A stretch of 64,000 nucleotides of DNA from Somniosus microcephalus (GCA_052327205.1 CM126204.1:43958001-44022000); one strand, 5' to 3'. Positions 22,405 to 35,592 are shown, counted from the first letter of the stretch. Numbers and translations are program-made. Notes: generated by a model from the sequence alone, not told the origin.

Positions 22405-22725
22405 CTGACTTATATAGCGCCTTTCACAACCTCAGGATGTCCAAAGCGCTTTACAGCCAATGAAGTATTTTTGACATGTAGTCACTGTTGCAATATAGGA
22501 ATCGTGACAACCAATTTGTGCACAACTAGCACCCACAAACAGCAATGGAATAAATGAGCAGATCATCTGTTTTAGGTGTTGGTTGAGGGGCAAATGTTGG
22601 CCAGACCACCATGGAGAACTCCCCTGCTCTTTTTCAAACAGTGCCGTGGGATTGTCTACATCCACCCCAGAGAGCAGACAGGGCCTCAATTTAGCATCTC
22701 ATCTGAAATACGGCACCTCTGACAG
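22405..22725 (-). mobile_element. Deu-domain SINE (SacSINE1-like), 5'-truncated
   Basis: Reverse complement of the 27385-27838 body and tail. Confidence 0.8.
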
Positions 22726-24920
22726 TGGGTGTAGGAGTCTGTCAGAAAAGGGGGGAGGGAAATTTGCAGGATGGTCCAGTATGAGTGGCAACTTGTGCCT
22801 CCAAGGGGCATTAACGGTGGGCTTGGAAAGAAGCTTGCCAGACTTGGTCAGCCCACCCTCTTGGTAGCAGAGGTGGGAGTCCAGGAGAGCATGAAGAGCA
22901 GGGGATAACTGATCCTGGAAATTAAATGACCACAAAAAAGGGTAGAGTGACATAACGAAGCCTGTGGGCCAAACTCTTGCCCCCACAGCAGAAGGAAATT
23001 GTGATAGTGGCCAGGCGCGCGCACACACTCTCTTTATTTCACTTCATTTAAAAAAAAATCTCTGCGCACTTGATGGCTCTCTGGTGAATATTACATATTT
23101 TACGGAATATCTTAGTGAAGAATGAAACACGTTCACCAATTTACATGCAGTGTTTGAAAACTGCAAGCACCGTTCTTGCACACAAGGTTTCAAGCTGTAG
23201 AGCCGAGAGGTCTTGCAAATGTTACTCCCAGTGTAAGATGGCATTGCCTTGTTTACTTTTTCAATGAAACTAATCCAGATGACCATGTCTTTGGCAAGGG
23301 GGGAAAAAAAGGATTGCCAGGATGTATCATGTCTGCAGAAAAACCCGAGACCATATGGGTATAATAAAAGTGGAAAGGGTAAATCATTCCGAAGATGAAA
23401 TGCTTCCTAAATATTCAGACAGTGGCTATAAATCAGAAATAATTATGAAGTAATGCATTCTTTTATAATAAGTGTATTCTGTGATCATACCAAGTTTTCC
23501 TCATGGGATTTCCTTCTATTTACGTAGAGCGTTATGTAGACTTGAGTAAATAGTACGTTGTTAGTGGGTGTCTTGGCAGTATATGTGAGTTTTCCATAAC
23601 ATGGGTATCGGTAAAATGAAGTGAAATCATCACAAATCGAAGTTAACTCTTCCAGTCCACTTTTGGCTGATGTAAAGGAGCTGCAGGATCTGAAGTGGTA
23701 ATGTAGTCACAAATTTGTAGCTTGGACAAGAGGTAATGCTTGGAAGTGGGTGTAAGTAAGTTGCTAGTTCAGAGGAATTCGTTCAGATTCAGAGTAACTT
23801 TATGTAGGGCAGCACAATAACTCCTGCGTACCAAGGCTAGAGATTGACAGCATGCAGTTCTGCAAATGCGCTGCTGCAACTGGCATTTAGAATATGCCGA
23901 GTGGAGGGGTATCTCCCTCCTCGCAGCAAGGGAAAGCTGCCCAAGGTGGTTGTTTCATCCCTCATGTCAAATTCAGAGCAGCACTGAGTGACCTGTGAAA
24001 TGGGTTGCCCACTCAAATGAGGATCGTACACATCTCCCTGCCCGCTCCATCCCTGTCCCTGCCGTCTGTCTGTCTCTTTCTTTCTCTCTCCTCCTCCTCT
24101 CCCCCCCCCCCCCCCCCCCCCCCCCGCCAACTGCAATATGGCTTTTGCTGCGAAGTACACAGTTGAAGCTGAACCAAAGTTTTTCTAAGTTATAAGTGTT
24201 TATTCTCCCCGTTAACTAAGTGCTGTAAACTGGCTACTCTTCCCTTGTCCCCATTTTCACACAAATCTGGCATTACGTTACATATTTCACTGGCCAAAAC
24301 AAGTACAAAATCTTGTTGTATTTTTAAGAAGTTGCTTTATTAATTGTGGGAAATGTAAACCCAATCCCACTAATGTGGGTGCCTTTAATATGAGATATCT
24401 TCATGCTTTTCCTCAAAGCTATAATCCCAACAGATCACATCCTTAATTAATATTCCGTTCATTAATACTAACCATTTAAAAAGCTGTAAATTCTGTTCTG
24501 ATAGCTGGTAAATTGACTTTTATCAGAGGCTTTCTTGATTGTGGGAACATAACTTCAGGCATTTGATGCAAAAGGTGATGTCCAAGAACATTTTGTAACA
24601 TTAACATTAAATGATACTCTTATCCAAAGCTGCAAACAACTTCCAAGTAGATCCTAGTTACTCAGTGTGGCAAGTCGTATTTAATTCTGTTCACCATGAA
24701 CTCGTCAATCATAGATGTGTATCATGTGTAAAATGACATGGACTCAATTTCTTTGATGAAGAATCATCATATTAAATCTTTAACATTGTAGATGACAATG
24801 AACTGAAGACAATAATGTATAACTTGATCTGGTGGGATGAGGTGTGGCAATGGATCCATTGTTATATGGATCCTCCTCCTCGCCCCTCTTCATCTAACCC
24901 TATCAGTATAGTCTTCTATA

Positions 24921-25030
24921 AATATTGGCCAGTGCCATGGGATCTTTTACATCCACCTGAGAGGGCAGACAGGGCCTCAGTTTAATGTCTCATCTGAAAG
25001 ACAGCACCTCAGACAGTGCAGCACTCCCTC
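24921..25030 (-). mobile_element. Deu-SINE core fragment
   Basis: gtgccatgggatcttttacatccacctgagag...tttaatgtctcatctgaaagacagcacctc. Confidence 0.75.
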
Positions 25031-25399
25031 AGATTAAAACGTTGGTCCTTCACCTCTGAGGCCTGGGTTTGAAAGCAGCCCAGGCCAATGGGATGGAATT
25101 TTCTTTTCTAGTCTGGGTTAATGTGGAAAGACTTGGGGCAGTGTTAACCCAGATCCTAATGGACAGAAGTTCACAACAAAAATCATTGGTTCACAAAATT
25201 CAAATGTGCTCTATTCATTTTATTGGCATTTACCACCTTGCAAGCCCAAAGGAGGTTTCTTTTTTGGGGGTGGAAGAGGGAAGGAGGTGCTCGGCTAAAG
25301 TAAATAAAATGTAGATATTTGTGGTTACAGAATTAACTACGAAATTTCTGTTCACTAAACGTGCTGTGGAATATTTACTGGGCCTACCTTAACACAATC

Positions 25400-25800
25400 A
25401 AAAGTAGCACTTGTTCCTCCTCTTCATCAGAAGGTTGTGGCTTCAAGCTCCACTCCATGGCTTGAGCACCTAATCGAGGCAGGTACTCCAATGCAACACA
25501 AAAGGCATGCAGCTTTGTTGGAAGTACTGTCTTTTAGATGAAACATTTAAACTGAACAACTATCTGCTTGTTCAGGTGAACGTAGAAGATCCTATGTCAC
25601 TTTTCAGAGAAGAGTTTTCCCAGTTCTCAGCCAACATACATCCCTCAACCACCAGCAAAATAAATGATCTCATTAGCTATTTGTGGGACTTTGTCTGGAA
25701 ACTGACTGCCACGTTTGCCCACAAAACAATAATGACTGCACATCAAAAATAATTTGTTGTCTGTGAAGCAATTTGGGACATCCTGAGGATGTGAAAATGT
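25400..25800 (+). mobile_element. Decayed Deu-SINE copy
   Basis: tRNA-like head remnant, tcaggtgaacgtagaagatcctatgtcac core, L2-like tail. Confidence 0.65.
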
Positions 25801-25827
25801 GTGTGTACCCATATATATATGTATGCC

Positions 25828-26478
25828 ATAGAATCATAGAAGTCACAGCACAGAAGGAGGCCATTGGACTCATCGCGCTGGATTTTTCCAACCTCGGCGG
25901 GTCCATGGCGTGTGGGGACCTCGCAGCTGTCTTAATCCCGGCCTCCAACAAGATTTTACGTAAATAGGGCTTCTTAAGCCCACTCTGCGAGGTTCCCGGC
26001 CAATTAAGAGGAAGCAGGTCTGATGACGATGTCATTTGATGACACATCATCCGGTTTCCTTAAAGGGGCCATGTCCAAAATGATTTTGACAGTTCTGCTG
26101 CCATGTTCTGCAGCATTGAAGTGCTGCAAACACTGACGAGCACTGCACAGCCCATCATGTCTCTGCCGGTCGGAAAAGAGCTATCTACTCTAATCCCACT
26201 TTCCAGCTCTTGGTCTGTAGCCTTGTAGGTTACGGCATTTCAAGTGCATATCCAAGTACTTTTTAAATGTGATGAGGGTTTCTGCCTCTACCACCCTTTC
26301 AGGCAATGAGTTCCAGACCCCCACCACCCTCTGGGTGAAAAGAATTCTTTCTGACTCCCCTCTAATCCTTCTACCAATTACTTTAAATCAATGCCCCCTG
26401 GTTATTGACCCTTCTGTTGAGGGAAATAGGTCTTTCCTATCTACTCTATCTAGGCCCCTCATAATTTTACACACCTTA
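25828..26478 (-). mobile_element. CR1-like LINE 3' end split by a ~270-bp GC-rich insert (~25880-26150)
   Basis: Tail catagaatcatagaa...ggaggccattgg at 25828-25875 continues at ~26150 into antisense ORF2 3' sequence. Confidence 0.7.
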
Positions 26479-26479
26479 A

Positions 26480-26930
26480 TTAAATACGTGCCTTAAATGC
26501 CTGCGGCGAGATTCATTCTTCTTTATGGCGCAAATCCAGCAATTTCTTGAAACTCATGGGGAGGTTGACGGTGAGATTTTTTTTGCAAAGCTAACAGCGG
26601 AGCAGCGCAAATCGCCCAATAATTTGTGGTCATTTGTAACCCACGGCGCATCTCTTCCTCACCACAAAATTGTTGGCTTTTTACGCATTTAATAATGGTG
26701 AGCGCTGTGAACTCGCTCAACAATAGCAAAATGCTGCGGATACTGGAAATCTGATATAACAGCAGAAAATGCTGGAAACACTCAGCGGGTCTCTGAGTTC
26801 TGACAAAGGGTCCTCGACCCGAAATGTTAACTCTGTTTCTCGCTCCTCGATGCTGCCTGACCCGCTGAGGTGTTTCCGGCATTTTCTGTTGTGAACTCAC
26901 GGTTATTTTCCTAGCAATTTCTGGGCCCAT
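26480..26930. mobile_element. MITE remnant (end ...aatttctgggccc) carrying a Penelope fold-back insertion at 26715-26889
   Basis: Terminus resembles the TIR at 48220-48237; the insert is flanked by the 9-bp direct repeat TGTGAACTC (26706-26714, 26890-26898). Confidence 0.6.
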
Positions 26931-27384
26931 ATTTCAGAATTACAATGAGAAAAACTGCAGTTAATTTTGTAAAGTTAACAGTTGTTATAAAATGCGTGTG
27001 GTTTCTAAAGGATACAATCCCTTCAGGTTCGTGCTATGTTAGAAGGACAAAGCGTCTTTTAAAAAGCCAAACTCTCTCTAATATATTGAGTCACAGACCT
27101 GAATGTATAAGTTTTTTAATTTAAAGCGATGACTGAGCTGTGGCAGTGCTGCAGGGTAACTTTGAAAAGCAAAGCATGGTTTTTGGTTGGTTGAGACAAG
27201 ATCTTCTAAATCACATATACTTACTGAGCATTCTCGTCAGTCTTTTACATAAGAGAAAGTTTTCTCTTGCACTAGCTTGCTTGAAAGTTCCTTTTTGATA
27301 CTGCCTCACCATACTTTTCAAAGACAGTTCCTCAAGGATGGCCTCAGTACAGCGTGTGAAATGCGCACACTTTTAATAAAAAGT

Positions 27385-27838
27385 GTCAGCTGTGGCTCAG
27401 TTGGTAGCACACTCGCCTGAGTCAGAAGGTCGTGGGTTCAAGTCTCACTCCAGGGACTTGTGCACATAAAGCTAGGCTGACACTCCAGTACAGTGTTGAG
27501 GGAGTGCTGCACTGTCAGAGGTGCCGTCTTTTGGTTGAAACATTAAACCGAGGCCCCGTCTGTGCGCTCAGGTGGACGTAAAAGATCCCATGGCACTATT
27601 TCGAAGAAGAGCAGGGGAGTTATCCCCGGTGTCCTGGCCAATATTTATCCCTCAATCCACTTAACAAAAACAGATTGTCTGGTCATTATCACATTGCTGT
27701 TTGTGGGAGCTTGCTGTGCACAAATTGGCTGCTGTGTTTCCCACATTACAACAGTGACTACATTCCAAAAAGTCCTTCATTGGCTGTAAAGTGCTTTGAT
27801 CCGGTGGTCGTGAAAGGCGCTATATAAATGCAAGTCTT
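27385..27838 (+). mobile_element. Full-length tRNA-derived Deu-domain SINE (SacSINE1-like)
   Basis: A box TGGCTCAGTTGG, B box GGTTCAAGTC, Deu core ctcaggtggacgtaaaagatcccatggcactatt, L2-like tail ggcgctatataaatgcaag. Confidence 0.85.
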
Positions 27839-27907
27839 TTAAATTTCAAATCCAAAATACATGTAGAACTTGAATTTTTCCACAGTTCCTTTGTCCTAAG
27901 ACCATGA

Positions 27908-28200
27908 GAAGAACATAAGAAATCGGAGCAGGAGCAGGGCATACGGCCCCTTGAGCCTGCTCTGCCATTCAGTAAGATCGTGGCTGATCATCGACCTCGC
28001 CTCCACTTTCCCGCCCGATCCCCATATCCCTTGATTCCAAAAATCTATCTATCTCCGCCTTGAATATACTCAGACTCGGCATTTACAGCCCTCTGGGGCA
28101 GAGAATTCCAAAGATTCACAACCCTCTGAGTGAAGAAATTCCTCCTCATCTCAGTCTTAAATGGCTGACCCCTTATCCTGAGACTATGCCCCCTAGTTCC
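27908..28200 (-). mobile_element. CR1-like LINE 3' fragment
   Basis: Reverse complement of the CR1 tail and the FFTQRVVNLWNSLP region. Confidence 0.85.
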
Positions 28201-28717
28201 AGCCCTCTAATCGTTTAGATGGTTGCACAATCATTTTTGTCACATTACAGGCAATAATGAAAATATTTCACTTGCATGTTTGGAATTTTCATGCTGTGAC
28301 TTTCACTGGAAGCTGGGACTGGAAGCACGCAGGATATGGTTGGTCGGACGTGCTTGAAGTGGTTCTGCTCTCCAGATTCCCTGCCAGCTTGTCTCCCCTC
28401 CAGAGCCACAGCATTTGGGTTTGTTTGTAATTTGATCACAAAAACATCCACATTAAAGTAAGAGAATGCAATCTGACTGGCGGCATGCGAGAGCTTCTCA
28501 TCAGCATTATGAAGCTCTCCAACAAAAGAAAATGCAATCCATTGTTTTGTTAAGCTAGGAATCCAGTAATTACAAAGCTGGTCCTCTTTCCTGAAAATGA
28601 ACCAGTGTGAGCAATGGACTCTTATCTTTCTGGGCACTTTCTGGATCCTTTCATTCCATGCAGTGTACGGTCAGGAAAATGGCTATTGAGATGGTGGTAA
28701 TGGACTTTTTTTTATTG

Positions 28718-28930
28718 GTGTCAGCTTGGCTCAGTTGGTAGCACTCTCAAGTCTAGGCTAGAGGATTAGCTGAAGCACACAACAGAACCAGAGTGCATAA
28801 TTTAGGCTTGCATCCCAGTGTAGTATTTGGAGCGCCTGTAATGGGATGTTAAACTGAGTCTCCGTCTGCCTTTTCGAGTGAGCGTTAAAAGACCCGTAGC
28901 AGTGTTTGAAGAAGAGCAGGGTGTTTCCCC
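28718..28930 (+). mobile_element. Partial Deu-SINE
   Basis: gtgtcagcttggctcagttggtagcactct head plus decayed core. Confidence 0.65.
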
Positions 28931-30544
28931 CAAGGTCAGGTCGGGTCACCCCTTAAACTTCTCGACTCTAAATCAAGAAAGCCTTGCTTTCTTGATCATG
29001 GGTCGGGAAAATATAGCTAGAAGAGCAAGTAATTTGTCATAAATATTTGGAATAAAATGCCACCGCTTTGGTGCTAGCGGTATTAACACTGCTTCAGTTT
29101 CTGACTCTTCTGCCATGCTGCTGGTACTGTAACATCAACTAGGCCATGGGTGCTACTGAAGATAGACTGGACTGATCAGGAACAATAAATGTAAAATATT
29201 TCTGAGAGGAAATTCATGATGACCGATGAAATTAAGATAGCTAAACATAGTTGATTTGACAACACTTCATTTTCAAAATCACGTTGTAATACAATACTGC
29301 AGATAATCTTGGGTATAAAATATTGTGTCCCGCAGGAATAGGCTCTTTGACTGTTTTCAACACAGACCATCTTGAATAGTGTGTGGTTATTTATTTATTT
29401 TAATGACCAACAGCCTGAATTGAGGGCTTGGGGGGGAAAAAAACCATAAATGGAAACCCAAAGATAAGACATGTCTAACGTACCTGGGTTGGTGAATTTG
29501 GGGGGGTGGGTGGAATGGACCCTTTCTTTCCCCCTCTCCCGATCCCCACGGATCAACTCAAATAATTGTAGTCCTTCTGAAGTAGAAGTGCTCTCATTCC
29601 ACACGGAAGCCATCCTGTGCTGTTACTTAAATCTGCTTGGGTTTATAGATCACTAAGCTGTATATTATAAGAGTGTATTTGTGCTTTAAGTGGTAGTCAA
29701 TATGAACTTTGTTCTGGGAAAAGTCCTGAGCTAGGAAATACTTAACTTTTGGTTTCAATAGTAATAGAGATGATCGTCCAGATAGTTTGATGGCTCCTTT
29801 TTCGTGCCACGTTACTTCAAAAAAAAACTAAATACAAGAAGAGATACTTGGATTACCTCACCTTTTACCTCCATATTCTGAATCTAATCCACCAGGCTCT
29901 GCAACATATGCACCAGTAGTTCTTATTTGTGAGCTGTAATAATTACAAATATTTGTTTTGATTAAGCATCATCAACTAAGACTCTTCCATCTTTGTAAAA
30001 CCCAATATTTATTTTTTTACAAGAACCATGCATTGGTTTCCATTTTGCCTCGTCTGCTTTAAGTGAATGGATGCACTACACCCAGTTAGAGATTTCAGAT
30101 GTTACCAAGTCTGTCAAATCCATTCATCTGTATTATAAAGTAACCCCGGCTTCTCAAAAGTGAGAACCGTATATTGAAGCTATTAAATGTTTAAATCTTC
30201 ATAAATAAACAGTTAACTCAAATGGTTACAGAGGCATACTAGTGGAAAGTTTTGTAAATTCCTATCCCTGTGCACATTATACATTCTTGAAAATGTCTCC
30301 GTATCCCTTTGTCCTTACAACATGACTTTTGTGGTGATGATGAGTTCATCAAAGGTTCTGATGACATGCTTGTCTTCCTGTGTTGCAGACAGTCTTGCAT
30401 TTTATTGGTGAATGATATCTGCATCACACTTTTTCTGGCATGTAATGCTTCTGCGGTACTGTTTTCAACTAGAATGCTCTTCACTTCCAAGTCATTTTAT
30501 TTCAACTAATCTGTAGTAAGCAAATCACAACAACCCTTTGTACT

Positions 30545-31290
30545 ACAATCAGTCTGGTCACCATTTGCCAGCAAATATCATTCCCTAGGGATAATCTTTC
30601 TTAACCTCCGTGTCCCTCTTGCCTCCCCGCTGAATTTTCTAACCCATGCTGCTGGTCTCAAGCCACTGGTCCACTTCACATCACCTTGCAGATTGTTCAC
30701 TCCCTTGAGACCAGAGTCATTCCTCTCCGCATGCTTATTTTGGATGAATGTGTCAACATCCTGTGAGCAACCAAATCCTGGCTTCAGACTTTTTCACCAT
30801 TATCCAACACCTGATCTAGCTGGACCACTCCCTGAAACCACATGATCCTGAAGGATAAAGATAATCCTAAACTCCTCTGATCAATAACCAACTGCATTCT
30901 TTGACTCTCTTCCTCCCTCACCTCTATCGCCAAGTGTATACAGCTCATGGAAATCTTTATGTCCAAGATTGAGGTTGTCTACTTTACTGCCTGTCTTTCT
31001 TCTCATTCCCTATCTCTACCCCTCACCCTTTCCTCAACCCAATGCATCAATTTTTAGCTTCTCCCACATCTCTTTTCTGCCCCTGCCCTTTCACCAGGCA
31101 CATTTTCTTCACACTTGCCTCCTATTACCTTGACCGCCTATGATTCTGACCACATAACCTTTCCTTATAACCCAACATAATGTAATGCTTGGTGATATCA
31201 ATGGCTCCCTTTGCACTGGTATTATTTCTCTTCCTTCAAAGCTGTAGCCATTAATGCCTCTTCTCAGCAGCCCTTCAAATGGACAAATCA
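30545..31290 (+). mobile_element. Decayed L2-like LINE ORF2 fragment
   Basis: C-rich strand-biased composition with remnants such as aaggataatcctaaactcct and atcaatggctccct..cactggt...ttcaaagctg. Confidence 0.45.
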
Positions 31291-31338
31291 CTTAGTGAAA
31301 TCTTACCAAAATGCACGCACTAATATGAACAGTTGAAG

Positions 31339-31600
31339 TGGGGTTATTTTAGTCTAACTCACCTGGCGGGAACTGACAGACCGGATTGGCTGCCTGTTTA
31401 ACACCCCCCTCTCCTCCCTCCCTCCCTCCCCCCCCCCCCCCCCCCCCCATCTGACTTTTTTCCCCCTATTTTCCAATGACCTCAATGGAAAGTCAAATCG
31501 GGCGGGGTACAAAATGGACGGCAGATCCGATTCCATCAGTTTCCTGCCGGTATTTGAGGGTTGGGGGTGGGTGCGGTGATTAGGTTGAAATGACCCCCAC
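31339..31600. mobile_element. Short MITE with imperfect ~26-bp TIRs
   Basis: gtggggttattttagtctaactcacc ... ggtgattaggttgaaatgacccccac; internal palindromic arms. Confidence 0.55.
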
Positions 31601-32365
31601 ATAATAGGTTGCAAGAAGATCTACATTCTTATTGGCTTGCCACAAATAAATTTATTTGCAAAGTGTTTTGAGCTGCTGTTCAGTAAAATGTCATGAGTAA
31701 TTTTATCATGATGTGTGGGACTGAACCGTACGGGCCACAAAGGGAGGCTTTAAATCAATTAAAATCTTGCACTTTGCACTCGATTAGCTGATGTCACTCA
31801 GGGCGATGGTAGGGACACTGCAAATAGTCTCAGCACTCCCTGATTAGGGACAGTAAACATAGCCAGGGTCTCCAATCCGTCGTGCTACCCAATGGTATTG
31901 GATGAGAATGAGTCGGCCCAGAGTTGCCCCCTTTTCCCTCCCACGCAGTCAAATAACTTGCTGATACTCACCACTGAGCCTCCTGTGAGCAATGGCCACT
32001 CTGGCGAGGCAGTGTACCCCGGCGAGAAGTTAAATGCCTTCAAGTCCTATTGCTCCAAAAAGTAGCTGATTGCTGACAAACCTACAACAGCAGCTAATGC
32101 GAGAGAGGGGAGCTGCGGCCCAGGCAAGCTCCAAAATCAGAAGAGTAGGGACAGTCATTTAGAACAGTGAGAAAGAGGTGAAAGTGCTCTCCACAAGGCA
32201 GAGAAATGGCCAGGCAGGTCTGTTGAAGTGCTGTTGTCGCTGAGGCAGGAAAGTAGCGATCAAGCTTGTCGCAAAACACGGCAGGATCACATGCAAGTCA
32301 AGTCCCCTTAATTAATGCTCTTCATATAGGGCTTAATTGATTAATTTTTCCTTTTCTGTACGTAG

Positions 32366-32460
32366 CGAGCACAGCAAGAAGAGTTGGAGAAGATTGAAAA
32401 GCAGATCCAAAAGTCATCCAAAGACAAAGACAATGTCAAGCCTTTGGACAAGCCTGAGCA
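32366..32460 (+). CDS. FMN2: Formin-2 FH2 exon: RAQQEELEKIEKQIQKSSKDKDNVKPLDKPE(Q)
   Basis: ttctgtacgtag / gtaagc; phase 0 to 2, in frame with both neighbours; LDKPEQ motif. Confidence 0.93.
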
Positions 32461-32656
32461 GTAAGCTTTCTCTAAGCAGCATTTAATCTCTGTGGCCTGT
32501 TGTGTCTCAACTGCTAATGTCACATGTGTTTACTTTTTAATCACTTGGTTCTGATATTTTATTGCCTGTTGGGCCAGACGTGGGAAGGAACTGTGGGGAG
32601 ACTGGAGCTCTCTAATTTTGGAAGCACGCTATGACTGATTATTCTTTTCCCATCAG

Positions 32657-32786
32657 GTTCCTCTATGAGCTAGCTCAAATTGTCAATTTCTCCGAACGAG
32701 TGTTTTGTATCATTTTCCAATCCACGTTCTTGGAAAATATTGCTGCTATCAACCGTAAGCTTGAAATAATGGACAAGTTGTGCAAG
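32657..32786 (+). CDS. FMN2: Formin-2 FH2 exon: [43 protein letters not shown]
   Basis: ttttcccatcag / gtaggt; 130 bp; FMN2-type [14 protein letters not shown]. Confidence 0.95.
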
Positions 32787-34095
32787 GTAGGTCTCTTCAC
32801 ACGAAACAGAATATACACCCCATTCTCATTATAATCTCCCAAGGCTACTGAGTCTTCACTCCTGCCTTTTAAAGATTTCCTTTTATGGTTTGTTCAAGGA
32901 TGTTATATAAAACATGCACTTCCTAACATACACAGTTCTTTGTCTTCTTAAAGACCATCTTATTGGTGCTGGCTGGGGGGGTGGGTGCGCGAGGGGTGGA
33001 CCAAACCATTTGCATTTGAAGACTTTTATGGGTAAAAAATGCAAGTACATAAATTATGGGGGAGGGGGGGGGTGGGATTTGAATCTTTAAATGTACTCCT
33101 GAAAGAGTAAGGTGGAAAAAAAAAAAATCAACTTTTAAGATGTTTGGAAAGAGTTTGCCATAATAAATGGTGAGTATTACTTAATAGGTCTTGATGTAAA
33201 CAGTGGTGATCACTGTTGAAACAAGCTTTACATCTCAAGAGCAAGATATAAATGGAGCATTACAGCGGGGAACTGTCCAATTCCTAGTTTAATCTGGTGA
33301 TCCCGAGCAAGGCATGGAGGTTCTCTCTCAAATGGAAAATGCTGGGGTTTTTTCCTGCATTTTCCCTTGTGCATTTATGTAACTTGGTTGGATACTTGTC
33401 TATTTTTCACTGGTTTTAATAAGTACAAGCTTAAAACACTTTTAATGCTATCCCGTCATGTGAAAGTTGTTTGTGTCTAGCTGACATGTTGCTATCTGGC
33501 CCGAATACTACTTTCAGCAGATTAGAGCTGATATGACATACCAAGATTTGTGACATGACTCAAACAATTTCTACATTTATTTTTACATATGCTTTAACTA
33601 CCTTGCAGAAAGAAAAAAATACTTGTACCAATTTAGTTCCATCACCATTGAGGTCTAATTGCTGTAAAGTGCCTGAATGTGATATTCCTGTGCTCAGAGA
33701 AAATGCTTGCAATTATGTTGTATATTTAGAACAGATTCTGTGTTGTGTGTATGAGGTAAAATTACTTGTTTTGGACACTAATTGGGCAGAGGTTTTAAAA
33801 TAAATTTCATGGTTTTTTACCCAAGTAAAGGCTCCTTTGAGAAATACTTGATTTAGAAAGTACTGATTAAATACAATTTCAAGTACAATGGAAATAGTTA
33901 TACGTCAGAAAGCTGTACATTATTTTGTGTTGCTACTTCCTGCTAAGAAGTCAAGTTTCTATTTCACAAATACACAAGTTGCATTTATGTAGTACCTTGA
34001 GCATAGAGACTTAAGAGGCATAATAAAAATTATTGGGAGTTTAAAAGGGCAGTTGTAAATGGCTTGGAGCAGATGCAGAAGTTGGTGAGGGATAC

Positions 34096-34520
34096 TTCTC
34101 TTAGGCAGTCCCTCGGAACCGAGGATGACTTGCTTCCACATTAAAAATGAGTTTGCAGGTGACTGATGAGTCCAAAGCGGGACCTACAGTCTCTGTCACA
34201 GGTGGGGCAGATGGTGGTTGAAGGGGTGGGTGGGTGGGGTGCTTGGGTTGACGTGCGCTGCCTGCGCTTGGCTTCTGCTTGCTCCCAGCGAAGAGACTCG
34301 AGGTGTTTGGCGCCTTCCCGGATGCTTCTCCTCCACTTTGTGCGGTCTTGGGCCAGGGATTTCCAGGTGTCGGTGGGGATGTTGCACTTTTTCAAGGAGG
34401 CTTTGAGGGTGTCCTTGAAGCATTTCCTCTGCCCACCTGGGGCTCTCTTGCTGTGCCGGAGCTCCGAGTAGAGCGCATGTTTTGGGAGTCTTGTATCGGG
34501 CATGCGGACAATGTGACCCA
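34096..34520 (-). mobile_element. RTE-clade LINE 3' fragment with TSD
   Basis: GHIVRMPDTRLPK...GGQRK.FKDTLK...CPTC...GLISH; 10-bp TSD TGAGGGATAC at 34086-34095 and 34521-34530. Confidence 0.9.
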
Positions 34521-34530
34521 TGAGGGATAC

Positions 34531-35050
34531 AGGGAAGTGGTCGGAGATGGCCTAGTCAGTGATCAAAACCATGGAGGTAGAGTGGCATGGGAGAGGAAAC
34601 GGTCATGGAGGTGGTCCTGAATATGGGTAGGAGAGTTTATATAGAGGGAGGACAGGAGGGCAGTGAATTTACAGGGCAAGAGGAGCTGAGATGGAGATTG
34701 AAATCATTGAGGATGATGAGTGAAGAGTTTAAGAACGGAAAGGGGGCGGGGGGGTAAAGAGTATCTTGGGAATAGGCGCGGGGAGGGGTTTGGGGTGGTA
34801 GACAATGAGGAATTAAAAAGAGGTAAGGTGGGTGGAAAAGGTTCCAGAAGAGTAGTGTGGGACCTAAAGGTGTGACTTGGTGATGAGAGCCACACCACCA
34901 GTGGTTTGGGTAGGGCAGACCGTGGAAAGTATAGTCAGGCGAGGAGGATTTGGTAAAGGCAAGGTGTCACCACAGTGAGCCACGTTTTAGTCAAAGCTGG
35001 GGTGTCAATGCAATCATCCTCAATAAGGTCATAGAACTGGGTGATCTTGT
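34531..35050 (-). mobile_element. Decayed L2-like LINE endonuclease region
   Basis: G/A-rich strand; - strand remnants resembling GGGVAL, DFNLH and PTH motifs. Confidence 0.45.
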
Positions 35051-35122
35051 GTAATTTATTTTGAGCATACTGGTGCAACAATGAACATGGTTAAATTGTG
35101 ACCAGTACAATGGGGAATGGTA

Positions 35123-35592
35123 AAAGAAAGACAGACTTGCATTTCTATAGCGCCTTTCACAACCTCAGGACATCCCAAAGTGCTTTACAGCCAATGAAGT
35201 ACTTTTTTTTTTGAAGTGTAGTCACTGTTGTAATGTAGGAAACACAGCAGCCAATTTGCGCACCGCAAGATTCCAGAAGCAGCAATGCGATAACGACCAG
35301 ATAATCTGTTTTATTTATGTCGGTTGAGGGATAAATATTGGCCAGGACACCCCGGGGATAACTCCCCTGTCCTTATTCGAAATAGTGCCATGGGATCTTT
35401 TACGCCCACGAGAGAGCAGGCGGGGTCTCGGTTTAATGTTTCACCCGAAAGACCTCTGACAACGCAGTGCTCCCCCAGCACTGCCCTGGAGCGTCAGTCT
35501 AAATCTTTTTTTGTGTGTTCAAGCCACTGGGGTGGGACTTGAACCCACAACCTTCTGACTCAGAAGCGCGAGTGCTAGCCACTGAGCCACAG
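35123..35592 (-). mobile_element. Full-length Deu-SINE (SacSINE1-like)
   Basis: Reverse complement of the 27385-27838 copy including the tRNA head. Confidence 0.85.

Noticed and set aside
27385-27455. tRNA gene-like A/B boxes
   Set aside because: It is the head of a Deu-SINE that continues into core and tail; no complete cloverleaf.
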